From Erwinia phage pEa_SNUABM_54: DNA of 40,000 nucleotides. This document shows, one piece after another, positions 27,383-36,604 of the stretch. The notes under the pieces are model-generated. The model did no database searches and was not told where the DNA came from. It saw nothing but the letters and a program-made list of their open reading frames with translations. The stretch lies in the sequence record MW879341.1; one strand, 5' to 3'. Position 1 is the first letter of the stretch. Every line of letters begins with the position of its first letter. A program made the translations under genes and the position numbers.

Positions 27383-28954
27383 ATGAGAATTTATCCTCTC
27401 GATAATTCGAACAAACTTTCAGGCATCGTGTTGGAGCATAATGGTGAGCGTATAGTCTCTGAGGGGAGCATTTACGACCGCACACCATTTCCTTCTACAG
27501 GTGAGCTGTTCATGGACATTAACGCATTCTGGGCAACCTTGAGTGCGGAACGTCAGCAGGGTATCTGGAACACGTATAAGGAGATTGAAGAAGCCTTCCT
27601 TAATACGTACAACGATTCTCGATTGCACGAGAACGTCACGGCATTAGTGGCTAAGCTCTATTCGCACTGGTCATATGAAGAACTGTGTAGTTGGGTGAGA
27701 CTGTATGGTCGAACTGTCATTCCGGTAGAGGTTCAGGATGACATTGGTGGTTACTCGTCACAAGCGAGAACATACCTGCGTGCAGATTATCAGGGATTAA
27801 TTTGTCTGGTAGTAGCACTGCGTCCAATGATTCCAATCTGGAACCAGTACGTTCGTGAGTCTAAGAAAACAGTAGGTACTCACTTCAAAGAGTATATGGC
27901 AATGGGTCTGTTGAATCAGACTACTATGCTGGACACTCCAGAGTTTGACCAACTGCGTACTTACGTCAGACTGAACGTAGATACAAACAAGATTACGATG
28001 TCTGCTATTGTAGCGGGTATCGGTAGTGCGGATTTAGAAGACTGGGTATTCTCAGTGGTCTTAATTCGTAAGGTGTGCGTGGGTGTGATTATGCACGCAA
28101 CGCCAGATGGTGAGTTACTGTCGAACTACAGCACGAGTGCAAACATCGTGTCTAACGTGTACCGACAGATTGAAACTGCGATTGCAAGTCTTGACCGTAA
28201 GTTCGATGGTCAGATTCGTAAGAAGCCGGACGGTATGGAGTTCCGTGATGATGATAAAGAATCACAAGCGGAGAAGATCATTGTCAAGCAAAAGATCAAT
28301 GATTATAAATTCATTCTGGCACACGAGTATGCTAAGTTCATTATGCGTGCGCGTGACCTGATTGATCCCTCCATTCCAAAAGGGTTGATTGACCAATGCA
28401 TTCGTACTCTGAATGCAAACAAGTCATTCCAACCTACCCAGGCACAAACTACACTGGCACAATGGGTTATCCACCCAGCACTGTCAGCACGGTTTGTACC
28501 GGCGTTAGAGCAACCAGAGCGTATTAACGTAATGGGCTTTGCGCAAGCAGCTTATTGGCATTGGGGTTATTACGATCTCGCACTGCTGATGACTGCGGAT
28601 GCATTAGAGTTAGACCAGGACCAAGTCTTTGGTAATGAGTCACGCTCTCGTGTAACCAATGAGCAGTTCCGTATTCTGAAAGAGCAGTATCCGCATTACC
28701 ATCGTCGTGCTGGGAATAAAGGTGAACCCCAGCAGCGCAATGAGAACTTGGCAACCAATGCGATTGAGTTGATGTATGGAATGTTCGACGGGAAACCGTG
28801 GCAGTTCAATGCACCGCAAGATCTGGTAGCACAAACTACAATGCGTCCATACGGTAGTGGTGGTTGGATTATCCCATCCGACATCAAACTCCAACTGGCC
28901 GACTTCATTATCACCCTGAACAATAGAAAGAAAGGATTAAAAGATGCTAATTAA
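27383..28954 (+). CDS. conserved jumbo phage protein; possible non-virion RNAP accessory subunit (phiKZ gp68-like)
   Basis: 523 aa ORF upstream of beta-C/beta'-C; assignment only by size and gene order. Confidence 0.4.
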   Translation: MRIYPLDNSNKLSGIVLEHNGERIVSEGSIYDRTPFPSTGELFMDINAFWATLSAERQQGIWNTYKEIEEAFLNTYNDSRLHENVTALVAKLYSHWSYEELCSWVRLYGRTVIPVEVQDDIGGYSSQARTYLRADYQGLICLVVALRPMIPIWNQYVRESKKTVGTHFKEYMAMGLLNQTTMLDTPEFDQLRTYVRLNVDTNKITMSAIVAGIGSADLEDWVFSVVLIRKVCVGVIMHATPDGELLSNYSTSANIVSNVYRQIETAIASLDRKFDGQIRKKPDGMEFRDDDKESQAEKIIVKQKINDYKFILAHEYAKFIMRARDLIDPSIPKGLIDQCIRTLNANKSFQPTQAQTTLAQWVIHPALSARFVPALEQPERINVMGFAQAAYWHWGYYDLALLMTADALELDQDQVFGNESRSRVTNEQFRILKEQYPHYHRRAGNKGEPQQRNENLATNAIELMYGMFDGKPWQFNAPQDLVAQTTMRPYGSGGWIIPSDIKLQLADFIITLNNRKKGLKDAN

Positions 28955-30395
28955 ACGCGTTATACTCACCGAGACCGGCACCTACAACGACGTATACAAC
29001 CGTCCGCATACGACGACTGTTAAAGGTGACACACTCAGCCGCATGCAGCGACTCACTGACTCTGGTACTAACTACAGCACTGATGCGCTGTCTGGTGTAG
29101 CGGGTGAACTGATGCGTCCGTCGGCTCACGTTGAATCAGCAGTGTTGATTCCAAACGGTTATGGTGAGGCCCGCTTCCGCTTCATGATGGAAGTTGAATG
29201 GCCTATGGTAGGTGGTAATACTCAGGTAGATGTTATCTGTGGTTATACTAACTATTGTGGTGTATCGCAGAACAGCAACAACATGGACCCTAACATGCTG
29301 TTGAATCTGAATAGCGTCACGAGCATCACCTCATACACTCGCCTGGATAGCATGAATCGTCCGTATCGTGATATTCACGTACGTGAGTCGAATCAGATCC
29401 TGACCAGTTATTTCAATCCACAGCAACAGTACAACCAGTTCTATCTGGCACCACAAGACGTGTTCGATGGTATCACGCTGAACAACACGCTGGGTGGTCT
29501 GCAAGATGGTCGTAACATCCGTACAGTAGATACTCGCGGTGCATCTATGGAAGCGCCACGACTGTCACGCCGTAGTAACAACCACGGTGGCTCGTACATG
29601 TCACGTACACTGAGTGCGTATCACACGGCATTGCAGAAAGCGTCTGTCTCTGATGACAACTACGCTAACGTAATGCGCAGTGCGAAAGCGGCAGTAGTCG
29701 ATACCAATGCGTACGACAACCTCAGTCTGTCTAATCTGTTGCACCACACCGACATGCAGTACACCCAGACTATCCGTTGGGCTGAACTGCTGCAAATCTG
29801 TCCAGACCTGGAGCAGCGTACTACCGTAGCATTCAACCGTGGTGCTCTGGTTCGTTCTCGTGGTCCAGGCGATGCATTGCCAACTCGTGGTGAAACTGAG
29901 CAGTGGGATACAGCAACCAATGAAACGGTTGTTGCAACCATGATCGTTAACACCATTCCGACTCTGATGTCTGAAGCCAAGCTGACGCAGATTGCATTCA
30001 GTGCAACTAACCAGACCATGGGGACTAACAACGGTACACCGTATGCAGTCACTGTGAACGATGCACGTAGTGTGTCTCAGATGTTGGAGATCCAATCGCC
30101 ATACATGCAGGATAACATCCATGCTATGGTGATGCGCATCGCTACTGAGTTGATGCCTGCTATCACATTCAACAACCAGATGGCTGCAACCATCACCTGT
30201 CGTTGTGATATCATGGGTAATACCCATATCGAAGTTTCACTTAACGGCGGTCCGTTGATTCCATACGACAACCCACAGTGGAGCGATTCAGCAAGCGCAC
30301 CAGTTGTTACCATCAATCAGGATAACCGTAAGACGCTGGCTCGTGATATCAGCAGCATCATGGAAAACCTGAACACCGAAAACTGGGCACAATAA
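28944..30395 (+). CDS. hypothetical conserved phage protein
   Basis: 483 aa ORF. Confidence 0.8.
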   Translation: MLIKRVILTETGTYNDVYNRPHTTTVKGDTLSRMQRLTDSGTNYSTDALSGVAGELMRPSAHVESAVLIPNGYGEARFRFMMEVEWPMVGGNTQVDVICGYTNYCGVSQNSNNMDPNMLLNLNSVTSITSYTRLDSMNRPYRDIHVRESNQILTSYFNPQQQYNQFYLAPQDVFDGITLNNTLGGLQDGRNIRTVDTRGASMEAPRLSRRSNNHGGSYMSRTLSAYHTALQKASVSDDNYANVMRSAKAAVVDTNAYDNLSLSNLLHHTDMQYTQTIRWAELLQICPDLEQRTTVAFNRGALVRSRGPGDALPTRGETEQWDTATNETVVATMIVNTIPTLMSEAKLTQIAFSATNQTMGTNNGTPYAVTVNDARSVSQMLEIQSPYMQDNIHAMVMRIATELMPAITFNNQMAATITCRCDIMGNTHIEVSLNGGPLIPYDNPQWSDSASAPVVTINQDNRKTLARDISSIMENLNTENWAQ

Positions 30396-30404
30396 GGAAA
30401 GAGA

Positions 30405-31955
30405 ATGAACATTAATGATAAGTTGTATCGGCCGTTCATCGCGTCCGCAGGTATGGTCGTGGACGACGAAGGCGTAATCCGCTACAAGGTGGGTGACGTG
30501 GCTGTGAACATCGCTTTCGATGGTAAGCCGATGGTACTGCCAACTGCTGAGCGACTGCGTGGTGGTGCACTGACTGGCTCAGTAGCATTCCATCCCTTGT
30601 CTGAGAACATCATTCGTGGTGAATCTCCAGTACTGCGTAAGCTGCGTACCGTTCTGGTAACTCGCCTGTCTAACGTTGCGTCGATGTTGATGCTGCGTAT
30701 GGTAGAGATCGCGGTGGACGTTGACTATCAGTCTAAACTGAAAGCATCGGAAGCTGACTTCCTGACCACCCTGCCAAAAGCAGACGTCAAGCTGTTCAAC
30801 ACGATGGTGAAAATCGTCAACGCAATTACCCCGGATAAAGATTATCGCTTCCTGCGTATCTTCTTTAAACGCGGTGGGATGTATCAGGGTGACAAATACG
30901 CTCGCGTAGCAATCACCACCTTCCCAATCGTAGATGCGCTGTTCGATGACAGTTCTGAACTGTTCGGCTGCAAGTTGCGTAAAACGGATAAGACTCAGCT
31001 GCAAGACCTGCTGACCTTCCTGGTTCCAGATTCTAAAGAACCAACCGAAGCATACAACTGCGGTTCTAACTCTAAGACTGCACCGTACTTCGATGCACTG
31101 GTGGGTACGTTCGTTAAAGTGGCAACTGCACTGAACAAACACACCAAAGCGCTGAAGAAGCATCTCGAAGATTACGACGAACTGTATATCGATACCAGTT
31201 GGGTAGAGCAGTTGAAGAACCTGGACTCACTGAGTCTGGAGATTCCAGCCCTGCCAGGTAACGAAGGTGACGTCGGTATCGAAGAGAAACATCAGGTTGA
31301 ACTGGAAGCTGCGAACACTGCTGCTACCGCCGCGCCATCTGCACCAGTTACTGAAGCACGCGCCGCCATGCCTACTCGTCTGGGTGCTGGCTTTGCGAAC
31401 GCGTTGGAAACTGGCCATGTAGGTAGTGTGGCTGATGCCGTAGTACCACGCGGAGCACCACCGGCAGCAGTGGCACCACAACCACAACCTACCACTGCAC
31501 CACGTATGGCTGGTATGCCTAACGGTCACGTAGCACCAGCCACTCACGTACCGCACTATGCACAGACAGCACAGGCACAAGCTCCAGCCGCAGCTGCTAC
31601 TGAGACTGGTGGTAAACTGTCATGGGATTCCGTAGTCGCTGCTAACCCGCCGCGTCAACCGGTTCAACCACAACCTCAGTACGGTGCTCCACAGCAACAG
31701 CCGCAGTATGGTTATCCGCAGCAAGCTCCACAGCAGCCGCAATACGGGTATCCGCAACAGCAGCCGCAGCAACCTCAGTATGGCTATGGCCAACCGCAAC
31801 AGCCACAGTACGGGTATGGTCAACCTCAGCAACCTCAACAGGGTTACGGGTACGGCCAGCCACAAGGTCAAGGCTATGGTCGCCCACAAGGCAACGGTTA
31901 CGGTTCTCCACAACTGTACCCAGACCAAGGTCGTAAAATGCCCAACTACGGGTAA
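30405..31955 (+). CDS. hypothetical phage protein with Tyr/Gln/Pro/Gly-rich C-terminus
   Basis: 516 aa ORF; tail of QPQYGYPQQ / PQYGYGQPQQ repeats. Confidence 0.8.
   Translation: MNINDKLYRPFIASAGMVVDDEGVIRYKVGDVAVNIAFDGKPMVLPTAERLRGGALTGSVAFHPLSENIIRGESPVLRKLRTVLVTRLSNVASMLMLRMVEIAVDVDYQSKLKASEADFLTTLPKADVKLFNTMVKIVNAITPDKDYRFLRIFFKRGGMYQGDKYARVAITTFPIVDALFDDSSELFGCKLRKTDKTQLQDLLTFLVPDSKEPTEAYNCGSNSKTAPYFDALVGTFVKVATALNKHTKALKKHLEDYDELYIDTSWVEQLKNLDSLSLEIPALPGNEGDVGIEEKHQVELEAANTAATAAPSAPVTEARAAMPTRLGAGFANALETGHVGSVADAVVPRGAPPAAVAPQPQPTTAPRMAGMPNGHVAPATHVPHYAQTAQAQAPAAAATETGGKLSWDSVVAANPPRQPVQPQPQYGAPQQQPQYGYPQQAPQQPQYGYPQQQPQQPQYGYGQPQQPQYGYGQPQQPQQGYGYGQPQGQGYGRPQGNGYGSPQLYPDQGRKMPNYG
31670..31905 (+). 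repeat. tandem imperfect YGYPQQ/YGYGQPQQ-coding repeats
   Basis: Repeated 'cagcaacctcagtatggctatggccaaccg'-type units. Confidence 0.85.
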
Positions 31956-31973
31956 GTAGAGTAACGGCATAAT

Positions 31974-31997
31974 AGGCAGGGGTAATTCCCTGCCTTT
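31974..31997 (+). terminator. rho-independent terminator followed by TATG
   Basis: AGGCAGGG-GTAATT-CCCTGCCT-TTATG. Confidence 0.85.
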
Positions 31998-32014
31998 ATG
32001 TTCTTTCTTTTTTC

Positions 32015-32359
32015 TTATCCAGTCCGATACTGGTTTGAGAATATCGCGGAGAGACTCTGGATGGCAGTATACGATGGAATCATGATCGTCGTTTTAAGAC
32101 CATCGTACTCTTCGGTGGACATCAGATCATTACAACGTAGATAGATCCAACGAAGGTGCTCGGGGATATCGAGGTAACGTAACATACCGTAGAAGTCAAA
32201 ACGCCACCGCCATGCTTCGGCTGGAGTAAGGTCTCGCCAGTCAGTGCCGTCGGCATTCTGTAAATAAATACGGTGTTCCTCTATCATACGACGAAAGTCT
32301 TCATCGTAGAAAATACTATCACCCTGATCTTCTCTCAACGAGGTAATTGATAATGCCAT
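32015..32359 (-). CDS. hypothetical protein
   Basis: 114 aa minus-strand ORF in an otherwise uncovered gap; coding-like composition; GGAGGG before ATG on minus strand. Confidence 0.75.
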   Translation of the reverse strand: MALSITSLREDQGDSIFYDEDFRRMIEEHRIYLQNADGTDWRDLTPAEAWRWRFDFYGMLRYLDIPEHLRWIYLRCNDLMSTEEYDGLKTTIMIPSYTAIQSLSAIFSNQYRTG

Positions 32360-32380
32360 AAACCCTCCTAACCTCTTTAG

Positions 32381-32400
32381 TTTTTGAGATACATATTATT
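32381..32400. promoter_or_regulatory. AT-rich element between divergent genes
   Basis: TTTTTGAGATACATATTATT, partial match to the promoter-like repeat. Confidence 0.35.
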
Positions 32401-32435
32401 AAAAGAGAGTGGCTGTAAGTAGTGTGGAATAAGGA

Positions 32436-34580
32436 GTGAAAGTGGAATTACACAGTGATCTTTTCGGTATCGAGAATATCTACGGAAAGACTAACCAGTT
32501 GCACGTCATGAACTTGGGCATGGGTGCTAACTTGAACAGTTGGGCAGGTAATGACTCAGCGTCTCGCGCGCAGATGTTTACTAGCCATCTGGCTCAGGTT
32601 CCGGTTATTGCTAATCCGAGTATTCGTCGTACCTTGACTGGTACTGAACGTGAGTATGGACATTACACGTTTAAGCAGCGTATTACAGAAGAAGGTTTGT
32701 TCTATCGTATTCTGGATAAATACCCACTGCATCAGTTCCGCACCAACCCGCAGAAATTAGCGGTCTATCGTGCAACCGGTCATGGTCATAACACAGCCTA
32801 TTATGGTGTGGTTGACATCTCGACCTATAACATCCGACATCAGTACTTTGGGTTCATGTTTAAACCTAAAGGAAACAACCTGAACCACGTTCGTGAAAAC
32901 GAACCAGCGGTAGAAGGTATGGTAATCTCCCAATCGCCATCTATTGACGAGCAGGGTAACCACCGTATGGGTGTCTCCAGTAACATGCTCTATATGTCAT
33001 TGCATACAACGATTGAGGACGGGGTATTTGCAAGACGTAAATGGTTGGAGCGTTTCAAGTCCACAGGCATTGAAGGTCGTACAGCAATTACAGGCGATCG
33101 TTGCTACCTGATTAACCTTTATGGTGACGACGTACATTATCGTGGTCATCCTGAGTTGGGTGGTAAGATTGCACAACACGGTATCGCGATGGCAGTTCGT
33201 GATTTCGATCCGTTGTTAGCTGTAGTTGAGATGACGCCAGAAGCACTGCGTGAACCAGACTTCGTTTTCGATAAACTGATCTATGGTAAGCCAGGCGCTG
33301 AACTCATCGACATTACCGTGTATCATGACCACAATCTTGATCGCGTTAATAATGAAGAGAAAACCCCCGTTGGGATTGACCAGCAGTCTAAGCGCTATTA
33401 TGAGGCACTGCACTCCCAGCAGATGAAGTTGATTTCACTCTATGAAGAACTCAAGCGTAAGCATGGGGACTCTCTGGTGTTGGAGCCTAACTTCCACCGT
33501 ATGATTACGTGGGCGTATGCATTCACGAATCACAGTACGGTACAGCAACCACAAGGCAGTCGTGTAAACTTAACTTATCGTAGAGCGCCCGTTGGGGACT
33601 TCCGCACCGATCTGGTGTTCAAGTATGACATTATGCCGTCGGTAGGTTCTAAAGTCACCACAATGCATGGAGGCAAAGGCGTCGTAGTACGTATTGGTGA
33701 AGACCACGAAATGCCACAGTGGGAAGACGGTACCATTGCAGACTTGGTGATGGATAATGACTCCAACATCAAACGTATGAACTTAGGTGGTGTATTTGAG
33801 CAAGCAACGAATGCTTTCTCTCGACAGGTAACTAAGTTAGTGCGTAATGTGATGTCCGATGCCACACTGATTCAAGCTCAGCGTTACGAACAGGCTTATG
33901 CTATCCTCGAAGAGTATTACAGCATCGGCAGTCCGTTAATGCATGAGTTCATGAATCGCACCATGACAGAACCCCAACGCCGTGTGGGTCACGTCGACGC
34001 CGTAGTGAAGGATGGTATCTATCTCTGGTTACCACCGAACACGGAAGATATTGGTGCTGTATTGATTGACCGGTTAGAACGTCGTTATGGTCTGGAGATG
34101 CACCCAGTGCGTTATCTGGATTCTCGCGGTGAGTACGTTTGGACCAAGCAGAAGATGTTGATTGCGGAAACGTATATCATCATGCTTGAGAAGAATGGCT
34201 TTGACTGGAGTAGTGTAGCGTCACCAAAACGCCAGCACTATGGTATCCTTGCCCGTATGACTAATATGGACAAGCACTCCACTCCGGGTCGTGAGAACGC
34301 GGTACGTAGTACGGGTGAAGCAGAGATTCGTCTGTTGTTGGCACTGCTGCCAGATTATATTGTGGCAGATATCCTCGACCGTCCGAATAACCCTGCGGCA
34401 CACAAAGCAGAAGTCCGTGCTATTATCGGCGCAGCTAACCCAGCACAGATCGACATGGCGGTTGACCGTCGTAAGATCCCACTGGGTGGTAACCGTGCAA
34501 TCCAATTCATTCGCCACGTCATGTGGTGTTGTGGTATCGCACTGTCTCGTATGAAATCTAAAGTTGGGGGTAAACGGTAA
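32436..34580 (+). CDS. phage RNA polymerase beta subunit C-terminal part
   Basis: 'YDIMPSVGSKVTTMHGGKGVVVRIGEDHEMPQWEDGTIADLVMDNDSNIKRMNLGGVFE' matches beta C-terminal motifs (HG.KGVV...EDMP...DG...RMN.G). GTG start. Confidence 0.88.
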   Translation: MKVELHSDLFGIENIYGKTNQLHVMNLGMGANLNSWAGNDSASRAQMFTSHLAQVPVIANPSIRRTLTGTEREYGHYTFKQRITEEGLFYRILDKYPLHQFRTNPQKLAVYRATGHGHNTAYYGVVDISTYNIRHQYFGFMFKPKGNNLNHVRENEPAVEGMVISQSPSIDEQGNHRMGVSSNMLYMSLHTTIEDGVFARRKWLERFKSTGIEGRTAITGDRCYLINLYGDDVHYRGHPELGGKIAQHGIAMAVRDFDPLLAVVEMTPEALREPDFVFDKLIYGKPGAELIDITVYHDHNLDRVNNEEKTPVGIDQQSKRYYEALHSQQMKLISLYEELKRKHGDSLVLEPNFHRMITWAYAFTNHSTVQQPQGSRVNLTYRRAPVGDFRTDLVFKYDIMPSVGSKVTTMHGGKGVVVRIGEDHEMPQWEDGTIADLVMDNDSNIKRMNLGGVFEQATNAFSRQVTKLVRNVMSDATLIQAQRYEQAYAILEEYYSIGSPLMHEFMNRTMTEPQRRVGHVDAVVKDGIYLWLPPNTEDIGAVLIDRLERRYGLEMHPVRYLDSRGEYVWTKQKMLIAETYIIMLEKNGFDWSSVASPKRQHYGILARMTNMDKHSTPGRENAVRSTGEAEIRLLLALLPDYIVADILDRPNNPAAHKAEVRAIIGAANPAQIDMAVDRRKIPLGGNRAIQFIRHVMWCCGIALSRMKSKVGGKR

Positions 34581-36547
34581 TGGTGGCAGTTGCAGTCAAT
34601 GCGATTAATGCGAGAGAGATCCTCTCGCAGCCCATCGATCATCTGTGGGAAGTCTACAATCGACCTAAGTGTAAAATCGCCGTAGCGTTTGATAACGGCG
34701 TGGTTGAGACAACCGCAAGGGAACTACTGTTCTCTCAATACTTCTGGGAGTTCCACCGCCAGTATCCAGAAACACCTTTATTGGTGGAGCACATGATGGA
34801 CCCTAAGCGTCGTCTGAATAAGAAGACGTCTCTGGAACTCATCGGTGCAGCTTTCTGGTCGGTCTGGGATCGTTACGGTGGACAGGTATCGTTAGACACG
34901 CTCCAACGCATGAGTTATGAAATCACCAACCGGGTATACAATGACATTGTTCTGCGTATGTCTGAGTATGTGACCAGTATCTCTGCGAAAGACTTCATTG
35001 ATGTATTGCGACATCCTGAACTGATTGAAGCATTGGCTAAAGCCGTGCCTACTCAGAACAGTATCGCAAACGTGGGTCGTACGGTTCAAGAGATCTTGAC
35101 ACGCGAAGGTGAGTTGGTAGGTAACCGACCTGCCGAGTCTGCTAAGTCTGGATTGGTATCAGCGGGACAACAGAACCAGATCTTTGGTCTTCGTGGTTTC
35201 GTAACAGATATCGATTCTAACGTATTCCCAACACCAATGATGACTAACTACGCATTGGGCATGCATCGTCTGTACGACTATGCTATCGAATCGCGTTCAG
35301 CGTCTAAAGCTCTGTTCTTTGCAAAAGATCCACTTGCAGACGTTGAGTACCTGAACCGTCAGCTTCAGCTGCTGGCACAGACTCTGAAACATCTGTTCAA
35401 AGGCGATTGTGGTTCAACCATGATGCTCCCTCTGACAATCAATACGTCGAGTGAGTTGAAGACCTACGCTGGTAAGTACTATTACGGCGAAGGTAATGAA
35501 CTGTATCGCATTACCCCAGAAGATAAACATCTGGTTGGTAAGTCGGTGTTGGTACGTTCACCGATGGGTTGTCGATGCTTACCTCACCAGGGTGTGTGTC
35601 AAGCCTGTCTGGGTGAGATCTCCTTGCAGATTCCTGATGGTGGTAACTTAGGTCACCTGTCTGTCATTGAGCTCTGTTCTGGTGTATCTCAGAACGTACT
35701 GTCTACCAAACACCTTGATGGTAGTTCTACCATTGAGAAATTCCACATCGCCGATGGTGATCGTGCATTCTTATCAGCCGGCAAAGCTGATCATTTGATT
35801 GCACTGACGGAATCTCTGAAAGCTAAACATGCTGTGTTGACTGTACCGCAGTCTGCTGCATTTAACCTGACAGAGCTGCACCACGTACGTGACTTGACTG
35901 TACTGCCAATCACTCGTGTATCTGACATCGAATTCGTAACAGTAACCTGTGACGACATTAACGGTGAACGTGTCACGATGCCATTGTCTGTAGCTATTGG
36001 TTCTCGTCACTCTAGTTTCACCACGCCATTCCTTGCCTATATTAAACGTGTAGGTTGGGTAGCCACAGAAGACCGTGGTTATGAGATTGATCTCAGTGGT
36101 TGGGACTTCAGTAAACCTGTCTTTGAGTTGCCGCTGAAGAACATCAACACGATGGAGTTCATGTCAGAAGTTGCAGACATCATCAAGTTCAAACGCCTGC
36201 GTCGTCGTCGTACGAAGCGTGCTAAAGAAATGGCAATGTCTGAAATTGAATTGGCTGCACTGGTGGTGGAACTGCACGATACCGTTAACAAACGTTTCGA
36301 GTATAACATCGCTCACTGTGAACTGATTCTGGCACTGTGTCTGATTCGTGATGCTAAGTCTGGTGATTTCCGATTCCCGGCACCAGATGAACCTCGTGAG
36401 TTCGCACCCTTCAAAGAGTTGATGTCTAACCGCAGTATGGGTCAGGCTTATGCCTTTGAGAAACACGGACAAGTTATCCTGAATATCGATAGCTTCTTCA
36501 ACCCACAAAGGCCATCCCACCCTATGGACCGTATTTACGTACCGTAA
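34580..36547 (+). CDS. phage RNA polymerase beta' subunit C-terminal part
   Basis: 'GDCGSTMMLPL' and 'SVLVRSPMGCRCLPHQGVCQACLGE...HLSVIELCSGVSQNVLSTKHLDG' resemble beta' region with second Zn site and the conserved element after it. Confidence 0.85.
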   Translation: MVAVAVNAINAREILSQPIDHLWEVYNRPKCKIAVAFDNGVVETTARELLFSQYFWEFHRQYPETPLLVEHMMDPKRRLNKKTSLELIGAAFWSVWDRYGGQVSLDTLQRMSYEITNRVYNDIVLRMSEYVTSISAKDFIDVLRHPELIEALAKAVPTQNSIANVGRTVQEILTREGELVGNRPAESAKSGLVSAGQQNQIFGLRGFVTDIDSNVFPTPMMTNYALGMHRLYDYAIESRSASKALFFAKDPLADVEYLNRQLQLLAQTLKHLFKGDCGSTMMLPLTINTSSELKTYAGKYYYGEGNELYRITPEDKHLVGKSVLVRSPMGCRCLPHQGVCQACLGEISLQIPDGGNLGHLSVIELCSGVSQNVLSTKHLDGSSTIEKFHIADGDRAFLSAGKADHLIALTESLKAKHAVLTVPQSAAFNLTELHHVRDLTVLPITRVSDIEFVTVTCDDINGERVTMPLSVAIGSRHSSFTTPFLAYIKRVGWVATEDRGYEIDLSGWDFSKPVFELPLKNINTMEFMSEVADIIKFKRLRRRRTKRAKEMAMSEIELAALVVELHDTVNKRFEYNIAHCELILALCLIRDAKSGDFRFPAPDEPREFAPFKELMSNRSMGQAYAFEKHGQVILNIDSFFNPQRPSHPMDRIYVP

Positions 36548-36566
36548 GGGTAAATAGTATGTTGAT

Positions 36567-36582
36567 GGGGACTTCGGTCCCC
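36567..36582. other. UUCG hairpin
   Basis: GGGGAC-TTCG-GTCCCC-TTAG between beta'-C and helicase genes. Confidence 0.55.
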
Positions 36583-36604
36583 TTAGTACTGCTATGGAGG
36601 CTGT

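Noticed and set aside
29601-31163. Antisense ORFs (208 and 194 aa) opposite the 28944 and 30405 genes
   Set aside because: Same shadow-ORF effect; no ribosome binding site or motifs, His/Cys-rich noise.
31670-31905. CRISPR array or satellite repeat
   Set aside because: Repeats are in-frame YGYGQPQQ-coding units with no spacers.
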